NCBI GenBank assembly: GCA_010015805.1
Contig: ML978125.1
Coordinates: 62,001-126,000, forward strand
Length of the DNA: 64,000 nt
Source: Rhizodiscina lignyota
Taxonomy: Eukaryota
Reading direction: 5' to 3'
The position numbers and the translations under genes were made by a program. This document shows, piece by piece, positions 24,951-37,351 of the stretch (position 1 is its first letter; the number at the start of each line of letters is the position of its first letter). Below the pieces are notes generated by a model. The model did no database searches, was not told where the DNA came from, and saw only the letters and a program-made list of their open reading frames with translations.

Positions 24951-25675
24951 CTCTCGTAATTCACGCCGCTTCCGCACCCAAACTTACATCTCAACTGGCT
25001 CAATTTCGGTATCGCGTGCGGTACACCGCTATTTCGAGCTTGACGCGCCTCTTCCGAGATCGCTGCAACTTCACGGGTCATCTGGGACCGTGGAAGCCCT
25101 CCGGGGTTCCTCTTCGACGACCGCTTCGTCAAGCCAAACTCTCCTTCCCAACAACTGTCCTTGAGTCGCATAGGTCAGACGGACAGCTCTTACATTGTGT
25201 GGTTGTTCAAGCAACCGACAACTCTAGCTCAAAAACTCAAGGATACTTGGTTACGTTGGAGCATCACGCCTGTCTGGCGAGAGAAGTTGCCAACCAGCCT
25301 GCTAGGCGATACCACTGCCTTCGGTCTCAATCTTTTGGAATTTAAAAGTCAGGGACATCCTGCCACCTCCTGTCTGGCTCTCTGACACCTCTCTCGCTCC
25401 CTTTGCCTTTCAACAGCAGCGAATCTTAGAAGGCTTCCTCTAGTTCCTCTCCTCCCAATGCCATCATCGTCCCTCTGGCCACCTGACCGTCTCTCTAGTC
25501 GTTCATCCGTCCGTCGAAGCCGCCCTCAGAGAGTAGCTGGGTGCTACATGTCGTTGTCGACCCAACATCCAACTTAGTTATCAACTACACGCGTACGAGC
25601 TTGACAAGCGAACCCTCCTCTGTTCTCTATGCTAAAGCACGACCCAAACGCCCTCGAAATCTAGCGTAGACACCT

Positions 25676-26400
25676 TTGTCGCTGCGGTCGACCGAATCTA
25701 CTCTACGGGCTGCCTTAAACCTCTCTCCTTCCTCCCCTGCATCGTCCGTTGCGTCGTCCGGCAATCTAAATAAGCGATCTTCGATTCGCCAGCAGCAGAG
25801 ACAGACCAGCGCGTCGGCTCAGTCTGGTCAGTCCGCATCACGATCCGAGCCCAGAGCGATCACAGGCCAGACAGACACTTCGTTCAACTCTGGCGGTTCC
25901 TCCAGTACATCCGTCGACTGCCATATTCGTCACGATCCAAATAACTCAAACGCCGACATGGCCAGTCCGTCTACAGACGCCCAGCAGCAGGCTATCGTGG
26001 ACATGATGCTCGGAGTTTTCACCGAACAACTCCCGGCTGCGCAACGCCAACTGGGCCCACAGGGCGCTCCCGGCCAACATGACAACAGGGAGATACTGAT
26101 CCAGCAGGAGATGTTGACTCCCAGGGCGAACCGGTCCACAAGGGCCAGTCAGTCCACAAAGCGCACAAGGCCTAGCCGGCACAGCTAGCGCTGGCGGGAA
26201 TGGCGGACAACCATTCAACGTTCGCGATATTGGCTACAAGTCGTTCACTCTGGCCAAAACACATACATTCGCAATTTCTGGATCTTCACCGAGCGACTCC
26301 GCGACGCCGCTACCCTCTTTAGCAAAGAAACAGTGAAGCTCAAGATTCCGTCAATGCTCCGCTCCCTTTTCGTAAGATACCAGATTTACCGGAGTTCGCA
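25676..26400 (+). pseudogene. Retrotransposon gag-like relic
   Basis: Low-complexity Ser/Gln ORF with GPQGAPG, then out-of-frame FNVRDIGY..TYIRNFWIFTERLRDAA..KIPSMLR resembling fungal LTR-element gag N-terminal regions; truncated just before the MITEs. Confidence 0.45.
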
Positions 26401-26450
26401 TGCTAGCTACATATACCACCAAAAAGGTAACAATGTCTGAACATCTAATA

Positions 26451-26702
26451 CCGTAGAAATCGGATGACCAGGCACTGCGCTAAAACCGCCGTAGCGCACA
26501 CGATGTCAGCGCTTATTTCAATTTAGTTAGTAGTTATATAATAATCTAACTACTGTTAGCTTAGAAAGGGGTAGTAAGGATAGAAAAGTCGAGAGGCTAA
26601 GCTGTGCTAAGCATATGAATACTAACTAAATTTGTATGAGCGCTTACATCCTGAGGGCTACAGCGCTCTCTAGCGCAGTGCCTGGTCATCCGATTTCTAC
26701 GG
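26451..26702. mobile_element. MITE A (252 bp), 32-bp perfect TIR, TA flanks (Tc1/mariner-type)
   Basis: CCGTAGAAATCGGATGACCAGGCACTGCGCTA at 26451 and exact reverse complement ending 26702; TA on both sides; TpA-rich non-coding core. Confidence 0.88.
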
Positions 26703-26726
26703 TATTCAGACGTTAGAATGCGTATA

Positions 26727-26854
26727 CCGTAGAAATCGCCTCAACGCATACTGCGCTAGTGAGTGCACGTCCGTCCTTCGACCAATAGATCTACGTTACC
26801 TTGTAGAGTTAGCGCCCGTCTCTAGCGCAGTATGCGTTGAGGCGATTCCTACGG
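26727..26854. mobile_element. MITE B (128 bp), 33-bp TIR with one mismatch, TA flanks
   Basis: CCGTAGAAATCGCCTCAACGCATACTGCGCTAG at 26727 and reverse complement (one mismatch) ending 26854; TA on both sides. Confidence 0.85.
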
Positions 26855-27352
26855 TATATATATACGACCCTAACATCGACTGTTAAAGAGTGATAGGCAA
26901 CAGGCTTCAGCTGAAGTCGAGATTGTCGCGCGGCATCAATGTCACTTTGCTGTTGTATCATTCACAACTAGGCAGCAGTACGTTGTTGGCCTTTCGAACA
27001 TCACCTCTACAAGCGAAATTGAATAAACTCGTGTGCAAGGTCGAGGCTGCTCCCCGATCATATCTCAATGAACTTTGGCACCCTTGATCAGCAGCGAGTG
27101 CAAGAGCTACAACGAAATCGTATCCCGGCTTATTGATGCTGCGCGATTTCATTGAGCAAGATTCCAACAAGATGTAATTCGACTTTCAGAGACAGTCTCA
27201 CTTGCCTTGAAGAGCGACACTAATATTTCGCTAGAAGTTATACTCTCGTCGGGCTCAGCTCTATCTGATGCTCGAAGCGATATAGAGGCGGGATATGGTG
27301 AACAGGTCTCGATCTGTAGATTCGGTCGAGATAAAATGATCTATAATGGGTA

Positions 27353-27883
27353 TCATGAGGTCTTCGAGTGCACACACAACGCAATGCCCCCTAAAACAAG
27401 CGCTATGCCTATCCACGTATCTGCCCAGTATTAGCATTATAACCGCCAAACGCCAGGAATCTATAACGTACCTCGCGCAATGACCTTCCCCTCAGCCCAC
27501 CACTCTCCCAAAACGGTGAACAGAAACGCCAGCGAATTCGTAATCGGCACCGTGAGACTCAGCTCCGCTTTCCCGACCAAGAGGAAGAACCACACGCTGC
27601 CCGTCAGATTGATCACCAGCGGTATCAAGTAACCCGGTCTCTTGAGCAGTCCCACGACGCCTCTATAAATAGCGACAGTCTTTCTCTTCAGCCAGCTCCC
27701 TTCGATGGGTTGCTCGGATGGCAGTCCACTCGCGGTCGCTGCCTTTCTCTGTTGCTCTTCTTTTATAGAGGCGAGGCGCATGAACGGTGTTGTGAGGCCC
27801 CAAGCCATGCCGACGAGGAGGAAGCCGAGGATGTAGCGGATTGCGGAGGGGTGGGGATCGGAGGATGGGGCATCGGCTACCAT
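27353..27883 (-). CDS. TMEM234-family small membrane protein
   Basis: VGMAWGLTTPF, INLTGSVWFF, ELSLTVPITNSLAFLFTV; second exon DTWIGIALVLGGIALCVHSKTS* after an intron. Confidence 0.88.
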
Positions 27884-28342
27884 TGTGGCTTGTGGTGAGA
27901 GGTAGATGGTTAAGATGGACGAAAGGGGGTTTGAGTCGCTGGCAAAAGGAATGCGCTCGAAAGGGACGGGAGACGGCGCAATTGATGCTGAGGGAGAAAT
28001 ATTAAGAAGAAGAGGTGTGGATAGAAGGCGTGAGACAGGTTACTTGTGAGGTGAAGATGTGATGAGGCTTGGAGAGCTGCGAGGTTGGAGGTTGGAGGTT
28101 GGATGTCGGAGTTTAGCGGCGATTGGATAGGCAGATGGAGGACTGGATCTCGCTATCGCAGGTGGCTGATGCACCCGTCATCGGGTACACACGTACCCAA
28201 GTCCAGATGAGCGCCACCCAGACTCCGGATGATTGACACCCACAGTTTGGGTATTCAACGAGGAGGGTGCACACGTGGGACAATAATGAAGTATTATGAC
28301 AGAATGCTACGTTCAATATCATTGAGTTTGTGCTTATTCTTT

Positions 28343-29284
28343 CTATGAATACAGCCTCGAAAAGCCTCCTTTAGGAGGTTGTAGCCAATTCTTCCCATCA
28401 TACTCATTCTCGCCTTCTATCATGTGGAACGTATAGATGAACCTACTCTTGCCGCTTGTATTCTTCTCGCTCTTGTGCAGTATATTGCCATGAATGAGCA
28501 CGAGCGTGCCGGCTTTGACCTCTCCAATTGTGTATTCTTCATCCTTGTCCTCGACGTTGGAGTCAAGACCGACAGGAAACTGCGCACCACTATTGTCCTC
28601 AAAGTCTGTGCCCGTGCCTTTTCTTATGAACCTACTCTTGATAGGTGCCCGCTTGTGACTTCCTCTCGCAAAGCTGAGGCATCCGTTCTCTATCGTCGCA
28701 TCCTCGAGGGCGTACCAGAAGCCAATCGCACTCGGCGGGTTGGTATATAGAAATGTACTGTCCTGGTGCGGTGGCACACGCCCTCCAATCTCTGGCTGTT
28801 TGCATATGACCATGCTCTGCAGAACTCTTGGATCCCTGAACCCCAATTTCTGCGCAATGGCAGCGTTTCTTGGAGACAGTGAGATGCGCCTGAACCCCGG
28901 ACTCAGTTCGTGCAGATAGTGCCCGATCTTGTTGATCGCCCTCTCTTTCGGCTTGATCAATTCCCCACTGGGCGAAAAGGCGTCTTCCTCGAAGAAGAAG
29001 CGCACTTTGTCTCCGCTCGTGAGAAAGTACTCATCGCCGACATGCGCGTTGCCATTGTCGCCAGTCGAAAACTTGGTCATGGGATGCGTGTCTAGGGAGA
29101 ACTCTGCGAGCATCCGATGGGTCTCGGAGAGCAGTTCTGATACTGTGGCTGGGTCGAGCGCGTCTGGAATGAGCAAATAGCCATTTTCGTCCCAGAACTT
29201 GAGCTGCTCTGACGATAAGCCGTCGCTGTCAGCTACCGGAGCGGATGTGGACGACGGTGGGGGAGAAACACGGGAGGGTGGCAT
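28343..29284 (-). CDS. Phytanoyl-CoA dioxygenase family (PHYHD1-like) Fe(II)/2OG dioxygenase
   Basis: INKIGHYLH, QSMVICKQPEIGG..PHQDSTF (HxD), IHGNILH, SRFIYTFH. Confidence 0.92.
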   Translation of the reverse strand: MPPSRVSPPPSSTSAPVADSDGLSSEQLKFWDENGYLLIPDALDPATVSELLSETHRMLAEFSLDTHPMTKFSTGDNGNAHVGDEYFLTSGDKVRFFFEEDAFSPSGELIKPKERAINKIGHYLHELSPGFRRISLSPRNAAIAQKLGFRDPRVLQSMVICKQPEIGGRVPPHQDSTFLYTNPPSAIGFWYALEDATIENGCLSFARGSHKRAPIKSRFIRKGTGTDFEDNSGAQFPVGLDSNVEDKDEEYTIGEVKAGTLVLIHGNILHKSEKNTSGKSRFIYTFHMIEGENEYDGKNWLQPPKGGFSRLYS

Positions 29285-30996
29285 CTCTCAGCGGCTCTGG
29301 CGCCTGGAGCGGGGGATGTGGAAACGGAGTGGGAGGTTGAGGTCGTTTCAAAGTATTTGTAGGGATCGTAGGGCAGGTCGGAGATGCGCTCGCGTGAGAG
29401 AGACGAAGGTGAAACGGGGCAGAAGTTCCCTTGGCATGCCGCACACGACGGATTTGGGTGGGATAGTACCCAGTTTTAGGTTGGGTAGGCGCCTAGAATT
29501 GACTGATCCGCGGGTACCTCTTAGATCCCGCATGCAAGTTCCTCACATTATTGGCCGATTAGGCTTTCTAGTGGAGAATTTGCACAGCATTTGAATTGCC
29601 AATAAGTGTGCCATATATAAATATCATGCTAATAGGCTTAAATGGATGGAATATGTTTGGATCCGACATCAAATAGCTCTACTCTCGTCTTCCAAGTTGT
29701 ACGGTCTAACTACGGAATCCACGATCGAGTTCCACACATAGTCTATGACTAGGTGCGATAGAGTCCCCATGTAACTTGAACAGAAGCTCTAATCGCTTAA
29801 CATACCATCACTCCTATGGCTCCAGTAAGATCATTCCACTGAACTTCGAGCTTGAGATTGATAGATGCAGGAGAACCAATAGGAATAGTCATCGACAGAA
29901 GAGAAGTTCAAAATTTAGTTGCCTTGCTCTCAGTTCGCATCACGTACTTGAATAATCAAGTTCAAGAACGGGCCCTAGATCGCCCCGTAATCTGAACTTT
30001 ATGGATATGTGCAAAGCCATTTCAGACCATTTTCTTTTGATAAAGTTGGTAAGAAAGGAGGTTGGGAGTTAAAGAGGATCTCGTAGACGATAGGATAGCA
30101 TGTACGACACATTTAACGCAGATAATTACTCTTGAAAAACATGCCCTGAGATAGCTCACGACAAGAAAACGTTCGAGTACAAATTAAAGAAGCATGCGAT
30201 GGAAGTGCTTATTGTGGACGGGAGGCAGAGATTTAAAGCTGTGATTTTATCGTAAGCGACCAGGGCAGCCAGAGTGGACTTCAAGCTTTGCGGGACAAGA
30301 GAACCTTCTTGACTTCTACACATCCATCACAGAAATGCATAGTAGATCTTCGCATACGCATCGCTTTCGCATTCATTCTGTATCCAATTGCATCTACAAT
30401 CGCCTCGACCTGCCAATTGCTCGAAACGAGAGCGTGCTGAGACAGGACTCAACACATGCCACCGTGGCCGGAGCGCGCATCATTTCTTGGGAAACATCCA
30501 TTGACTTATCAGAGCCCTCTGGTACGTGCAGCTGTACGTACACAGCTCTTTCGGCTTCTCTTAAAGCAGGCTAATTTCAACATGCGCTCACTATCATGGG
30601 GCTGCTCTCAAACATTTCCGTGACAGGGGCACACGAGCAGCGCAAGGATACATGCCAATCCGCTACAACCTGCAACGTGCAATCGTCTCGCAATCACCTC
30701 CCTGTCATCAGCTCAATTGCTACAGTAGCCACTCTTTTGCTGTTCTTCTATTCTTTCTAGACCTCAGTCTTCCCTTATCCGCTGCCTGGTGCATTCGGAT
30801 GAAGGACGCTTGCATAGCCGGGAACTACATCACCTTGCGTACACCCTTTTTGTCTCCCTTCATTTCACGCTTCTATCCTTTGTAATAAGGACAATTTCTC
30901 CTTCTCGAATCCTACATTTCATCGTCCTTGCGATCGTTACTGTCGCTTGATGCCACAGTGTCGCCCCTTTGCCGGTATACGAACCTAACAGCCAGA

Positions 30997-32735
30997 ATGC
31001 TTTCACTCGCTGTGCGCATCCTGACAAACCCATTCATTCTTATATCATTATTCATAACCACGATAATTTCTATAATATCATGGGCCTGCAAACCGACACT
31101 CGTTCCAAAAGAGATACCTTGGGTTGGAAAGCCGCGGAGTAGAATCTTCCCACGGACGACAGCGTCACTATTATGCTTCTTTAATGTGCGAAAGATCTTC
31201 GATGAGGGATATAGAAAAGTATAGATCCATTGAAATGACTGAGTCATCTTGGCACTAACTGAATGATCCAGTACTCTCAATATGGCAAGGCATACATTTA
31301 CCCGTCTTACTCTGGTCCTCCGGAGGTCATCATACCTCGATGCGACCTTCCATGGCTGCTGGACCAGCCAGAAACAGTCGTTAGCTCCGAGGCGCTCCAA
31401 CGAGACTTAATGGAAGGCCAATACGCCTTCACCGACCCACAGCTACTCCAATTCCCATTTCACAGTCACATCTTGGTACGATACCTCACCCGCCGAGTTG
31501 CCTGCCTACTCCCCGATATTTGGGACGAGCTACAGCATGCTATCAGCACAACATGGGGCTTCAACAACGTAGAATGGCGAGATATCTGTGTTTGGGATAA
31601 CATGATGTCTATCATTGCCTCAACCTCGAACCGTATGTTTGTCGGGAAACCGCTTTGTCGCAACGAGGACTACCTCTCCAACGCCATCGCATTCGCAAAC
31701 GACGTCACTCTCAGCGTAACAGCGCTATCCCTCGTCCCATCATTCCTCAAACCTCTGCTTGGACCGTTGATCACACTTCCAAACCATTACCACTACCACC
31801 GAACCGCCCGACACACCCTCCCCATCATCAAAGACCGCCTCATGCACATGCGCCGCAAGCAATTTGATCCAACGTACAAATGGACGGAACCAAACGACTA
31901 CATCACCTGGCATATCCAGCAAGCAATGTCAGAAAACATTGGCGAGGAACTCGATCCGATCAGAATAGCCCGCCGGTTAATGCCCATCAATTTCGCAGCA
32001 ATCCACACAACCGCGCTCACAATCACGAACGCAATCTTTGACATTTTCAGTGGACCCAACGCGTCCTTCGTCGTCGAATCGCTACGTGAGGAAGCTGAGC
32101 GGGTGTATGCAGAATGCAATGGACACTGGACGAAAGACGCCGCAGCCAAATTGCTACGCCTCGATTCTGCACTGCGAGAGAGTATGCGTTTGAGCGGATT
32201 CTTGACGCGCAGCGTATTCCGCAAAGTCGTGTCCCCGGATGGACTGACGCATCCGCGCGAAGGCTGGACAATACCGCAGGGCGCGTGGGTGGCTGTAGAT
32301 GTTATTAGTACGCACCACGATGACTCGATCTATGATTTTGCTGGCGGCTATGATCCCTTCCGCTTCTCTCGACCGAGAGAAGAAGCTTTATCTACAACAT
32401 CTTCCGCATCTAACACTCCGCCACCATCAACGCCGCAAGACTCAACTTGCGATTCCGCTTCAGACAAGGACGAGGTGCTCTGGCTCAAGAACCAAGGAAT
32501 GGTTAGCACTTCAGACACCTTTCTCGGTTTTGGTGCAGGCAGGCATTCATGCCCTGGCCGTTTCTTCGTTGCACATGAACTGAAGATGTTGCTTGTGTAT
32601 ATCCTGATAAATTACGATATTGAGCCAATGGCGCAACGTCCGTCGAATATGTGGTTCGGCACGAACATCTTACCAGACATGAAGGCTACCATCAGAGTAC
32701 GAAGAAGAAAAGGTGCGAGTCCAGAGGATGTTTGA
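30997..32735 (+). CDS. Cytochrome P450 (ent-kaurene oxidase-like group)
   Basis: TM exon from 30997, intron near 31220-31271, NFAAIHTT, DSALRESMR, YDPFRF, FGAGRHSCPGRFF. Confidence 0.93.
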
Positions 32736-33067
32736 GCGTTCTGTTGGCCGGAAATGGTAATAGGATGGAGTTTCGGGGCAATATTGAATGTAAGGTCCTG
32801 ATTATTTCTGCACCAGTCTTGATGGCATGGTTTATCTTGAGACATTAGCATTGCTAGATACCACTTGAGAATTGAGAATTTGTTTCTTTCATATCAATAG
32901 AATCTCATGCGGTTCATTTCAGTCGTACTCTCATTTCATCATCGCAACCGCAAAAGGTACAATTTGTCCAACACTTCCAACTCCCGTCCCATCCCAACGC
33001 CAAACAATTCTAGCGCCTCGATCCTCAACCGCACCCTGATATCATACATAGATGGCCTTTCACCAAC

Positions 33068-33307
33068 TCAAAACCTCTTATCAGCATCCCTAAGCGCATC
33101 GTCCTTCATCTTCTCCGCATCGCGCGCCATCTTCTTCGCATCGGACGAGAAGGTTGAGTTGCCTGTCAGTTTCGACGACTTGCTGCCGCTGTTGGTCATG
33201 TCCTTGTACGTCTTGTCGGCGGTATTTCCAGCGTCTTGGACGGCGTTGGTGACGGTGTTGCTGACCGACTTGAGCGTATCGGAGATGGAGTTTGTGATAT
33301 TGGACAT
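33068..33307 (-). CDS. Small hydrophilic LEA/CsbD-like stress protein (79 aa)
   Basis: CAAAATG start context, charged helical repeats DAKKMARDAEKMKDDALRDADKRF, C-ending codons. Family label is inferred. Confidence 0.6.
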   Translation of the reverse strand: MSNITNSISDTLKSVSNTVTNAVQDAGNTADKTYKDMTNSGSKSSKLTGNSTFSSDAKKMARDAEKMKDDALRDADKRF

Positions 33308-33823
33308 TTTGATTGGGATTTGAGGACTCTTGGTCGAGGAGAATATGGTAATCTGGGGTGGTATGTTTGGAGTGGTATGGAGATTTATTCTGAATAATAT
33401 GAAGGCTCGTAGCAGGAAGACTATGGTGTGGGTTTATATAATCGAAATTTTGGAGTATGGGAGCGTCCCATCCTATCCATTTCGCAATCTGAGATGCAAG
33501 CTGACGTCACGCTATCACGAGTGCTGATGCGGAACGTCGACGCCCATCCACATCTGATTGCGACAATTTATTCTATTGGACTGGAAAGAAAAGTAGAGCC
33601 GTATCGCGACTCTTTAGTCGTTGTGTTTCAATTACGAAATATCACGCCCGTGGCCTGGTGAATGGCGGCTAGAGGGTCAATTTTCTACGGCGACAGGGGA
33701 GAAGGGCCTCCGCAGAGACTAAAATTGCAGTGCACGACGGCTCTGCGCCAGCATACATATATCGAAACATACTGGTAAGCTTGGATCTTATGGCAGTATG
33801 CTGCACGTCGTTATTGGTTGACT

Positions 33824-34739
33824 TCAGCAAACCCATCCTCCATCAATGACCTGGAATTGTGAGTCGTAGATCAAAGGAGACGCAGACATCGACCTACCTG
33901 AACGGTCCCTGTAATGTACTGACTTTGATCACAGAGCAGCCATGCAATGAGCGAACCAACTTCATATGGGGTCCCTCTCCTCATAATCTGACATCTCCAA
34001 ACTTGCTCACCTCCTCTTGCGGCTACCGATTTCTGCTGCATTGGGCCATCAATCAAGCCACTAGACTTTTCAGCCTCCCATTAATGTGCATCAAGAGAGA
34101 ACTGTACTCACGGAGCAATGCAATTAATGCGAATCCCCCTCTCGCCAACCTCTTTCGTCGCTGCTCTTGACAATCCAATAACCGCGTGCTTCGACGCCGT
34201 ATATGCGGCATTCTTCGGGAAACCGATGACACCACATATGCTCGCTGCATTGACGACGCTTCCTTTGTCATTCATGTTTGCCAACTGCGCCCTCATGCAA
34301 TACATGACACCGTGAAGGTTCACATCCATAACGAAATGCCAGTCGTCGATATCTTGATCCTGCACACGCTCCTTGTTGATGCCCTTTGGAATCACGCCGG
34401 CCAGGTTTACCGCTCCGTCTAGTTTGCCAAACTCCTGCACCGTATATTGAGCGTCCTCATCCACATTACGAGAATACAGGGTCGTCATACCTTAACAGTC
34501 TTCTCTATCCATGCGTCGACCTGCTTGTGATCTCGTACATCCACAACAGTGGATAAGACCTTTCCTTTGCTGACATTTTCAATCTCTTTGACCTTCTCTT
34601 CCAATGCTTGTTCATTAACGTCTGCTACTGAGAGATACGCGCCCTGTTCTGCGAGAAGGAGAGAAGTCTGAAAGCCAATGCCAGACCCAGCACCCGTGAT
34701 AGCAATAATTTTGCCTGTGATATCGAAATTGACTGGCAT
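33824..34739 (-). CDS. Short-chain dehydrogenase/reductase
   Basis: TGAGSGIG, NLAG, YTASK, RINCIAP, ITGTVQ|VIDGGWVC*; three introns. Confidence 0.92.
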
Positions 34740-35222
34740 GACGAACGGAAATCTGGAGACAAGCAAAACTTACAGCGTCGAGTAAGTCAAGAAAGACGTG
34801 CTCAAAACAGAGACTGCATATTCGACAGCATGCCTATGCGAAATCACGAGGCGGAAAATAGTCTCCTGCCGAGCATCTCCTGGAGAGTGACGTTCTTTTG
34901 GCAATGGTTTGTTGAAAGGCGAAATGCCAGCCCCTTGCCGCTTTTCCCAACACGGAAGAAACCCCCGATATCCCCGCACTGGCCGGCAACTGAACTCCGA
35001 AGGGAAATCCAACTTCCATTTCGAGTTTGAGGGTGCTGTGGTGGAAATGGATTTCCATTCTTCCAGAGATACGAGGAATGCGGTACTATTGACTGTATCC
35101 GTGGGTGAAATGCGGAACCGAAGATGGAGAGCACGCGGCGCACCGAGAGTCGACGCGTCTTTTGGGAAGTTGACGCGTCAAATGTCACTCAAGTTGGAAG
35201 TCAGAAGAGTTAGTAGAACAAG

Positions 35223-36363
35223 ATGAAGGCCGTACAGTACGACCCAGTAAGTCGAATCGCACCAGGTCGAGAAGAGATCAGGAATTGACATTAGCAGATC
35301 CAGAAAAAGGTTGTCATCAACAATGTTCCAATTCCAGAGCCTGGCGAGAATGAATTCCTCGTACGCGTGGCATCGGCGTCTCTCTGTCACAGCGATTTGA
35401 TGGCAATTGGCGATTCATTCATTCCAGGTCGAACAGAACCCGTCACGCTCGGCCACGAAGGGGCAGGCTACATCGAAAAGCTACATCCAACCGCCGAGGG
35501 TAAAGGGTTTACAAAGGGTGACGCTATCGGCTTTCTGTACATCATTGGGTGCTGTTTCGAGTGTGATGGCTGCCAAGTTCACAACAATCACTGCTTGACA
35601 AGACCGAGTTACACCCAGGGATTCACATTCGATGGCTTCTTCGCGGAATATGCGCTCGTGGATTATCATAGTGCGATCATACTGCCCAAGAAGATTGCCG
35701 TTCGAGTGGCATCCCCGTTGTTTTGTGCTGGAGTGACAGGTTGGTGCTACCTTCTACCTATCCCGTGCTCAAACCTGACGAAGATTAGCATTCCATTGTG
35801 TCGAGTCTTGCGGTCTTGACCCAGGGCAATGGCTGGTTATTGTTGGATGCGGCGGTCTTGGCCAGCTTGCAATTCAGTACGCGAAAGCAATGAGGTTGAA
35901 GGTCATCGGTGTTGACATCCATGACTCCGTTCTCGAAGTGGCATTGAAACAAGGCGCAGACTATGTCTTCAACTCTCGCGCCAATAAAGACTACGTGCAG
36001 CAAGTGAAGCAGATAACTGGCAGTACTGGTGCAGATGCTGTAGCCGTTTTCAGCGCTGCAGAAGCGGCCTACCGGAGTGCGACACCCTTGATCAAACTCG
36101 GAGGTGTATTGATGGTCGTCGGTCTCCCGGACAAAGGCGTTACGCTTGATGCGCTCGACATTGCTCGTGGGACTTTCCGGGTAAAAGGAGACTCCACAGG
36201 AATTCCAAGTAGAATGCCGAGAGCTATAGAATTCACAGCAGAGCACAACATCTTGCCCGAAGTGGAAGTTTATCCGTCCTTAGACGACGTGCCGAAGATG
36301 ATCGAAAAGATGCAAGCGGAGCAAAGTACGAAGAGGATGCTGGTGGATTTTTCAAAGCTTTAG
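35223..36363 (+). CDS. Zinc-dependent alcohol dehydrogenase (MDR)
   Basis: CHSD, GHEG, structural Zn CFECDGC..C, PLFCAGVT, GCGGLG. Confidence 0.93.
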
Positions 36364-36430
36364 AGTTAGACTAGACCAAGCCAATTTCAATATAAGACCT
36401 TGCCAAATCAATCTTTCAAGGGCCTCAAAT

Positions 36431-36973
36431 TCATCCCCTGTTTCCCATCAGCTGCTCAAAGCTGCAACTCAGGCACTCAATTACATTGCCCCACGGATCT
36501 TGCAAGTACAGTGCCTTCTCACCATACATCGATACAGTCTCTCCGATTTGCTTGCCGCCTAGCTTGGTTGCTTTCGCCGCAATGGCATCCGGATCCGAGA
36601 CCGTGATAGCAATGTGAAAGAAACCGCCTCTTGCATAATCGAATGGCTCCGGCTGTTTGTACGGCGGATCGCTGAACTCAAATACCTCAAAACCGACCGA
36701 GTTACCGCAAGCGAGCCATGCCGTTTTCACTTTGTGCAGCTTGTTGTTGTATATCTTGAAGATCGGAGCATCTGGCGTCTCTGCGCGGTCCGTCGCTCTG
36801 TCTGAGCGGATTCGACGAAACCCAAAAACTTCCATGTAAAAGTTGCATGCCTCGTCGCAGTTTGGTACGGAAATGGCGACGTGATTGAACACGAAATTCT
36901 CGTTTTTGTGCACCTGTGGCTTGTCAGAATGATTCTTTTCGGTAAGGTGGTTGCTCCGGCTTACTGCCGTCAT
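36431..36973 (-). CDS. Glyoxalase/VOC-superfamily protein
   Basis: FNHVAISV..FYMEVFGF, FEVFEF, GFFHIAIT, YLQDPWGNVIE (H/E/H/E metal ligands). Confidence 0.9.
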   Translation of the reverse strand: MTAVSRSNHLTEKNHSDKPQVHKNENFVFNHVAISVPNCDEACNFYMEVFGFRRIRSDRATDRAETPDAPIFKIYNNKLHKVKTAWLACGNSVGFEVFEFSDPPYKQPEPFDYARGGFFHIAITVSDPDAIAAKATKLGGKQIGETVSMYGEKALYLQDPWGNVIECLSCSFEQLMGNRG

Positions 36974-37351
36974 TTTGAGGTATCTTTTTCGAGATGACTT
37001 TTTCTGGTAGATTTCAGCGCTCAAGGCAATGAACGAGTATTGGCCTTCATATCTTGGCCGTTTGGCGTGCAACTACGCGTGCCTGATGCGCTGCGCCATC
37101 CGCAAACGAGGGGGAGATCCAGGGGAAAGCTTTTCCATCCGTACGGTAGGAGCTGTGCCACTACGCGCGATACTTTCAGAAGTCGCTCAATGGTCCAGTC
37201 GGTTACCGGCGGCGACCACATTTACTCCAGATGTCAGAAATCGGTACTGGTGGCAGCCGTGTTCTTGAGAGATACTCTTAACACTTCCAGTTCTCGTTTA
37301 CTTTTGGACTCAGAAGAGTAGAATTGATCCATTTCTCACAACTCAATCATA

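Noticed and set aside
18680..26900. Starship or other giant element
   Set aside because: No tyrosine recombinase captain or bounding direct repeats seen.
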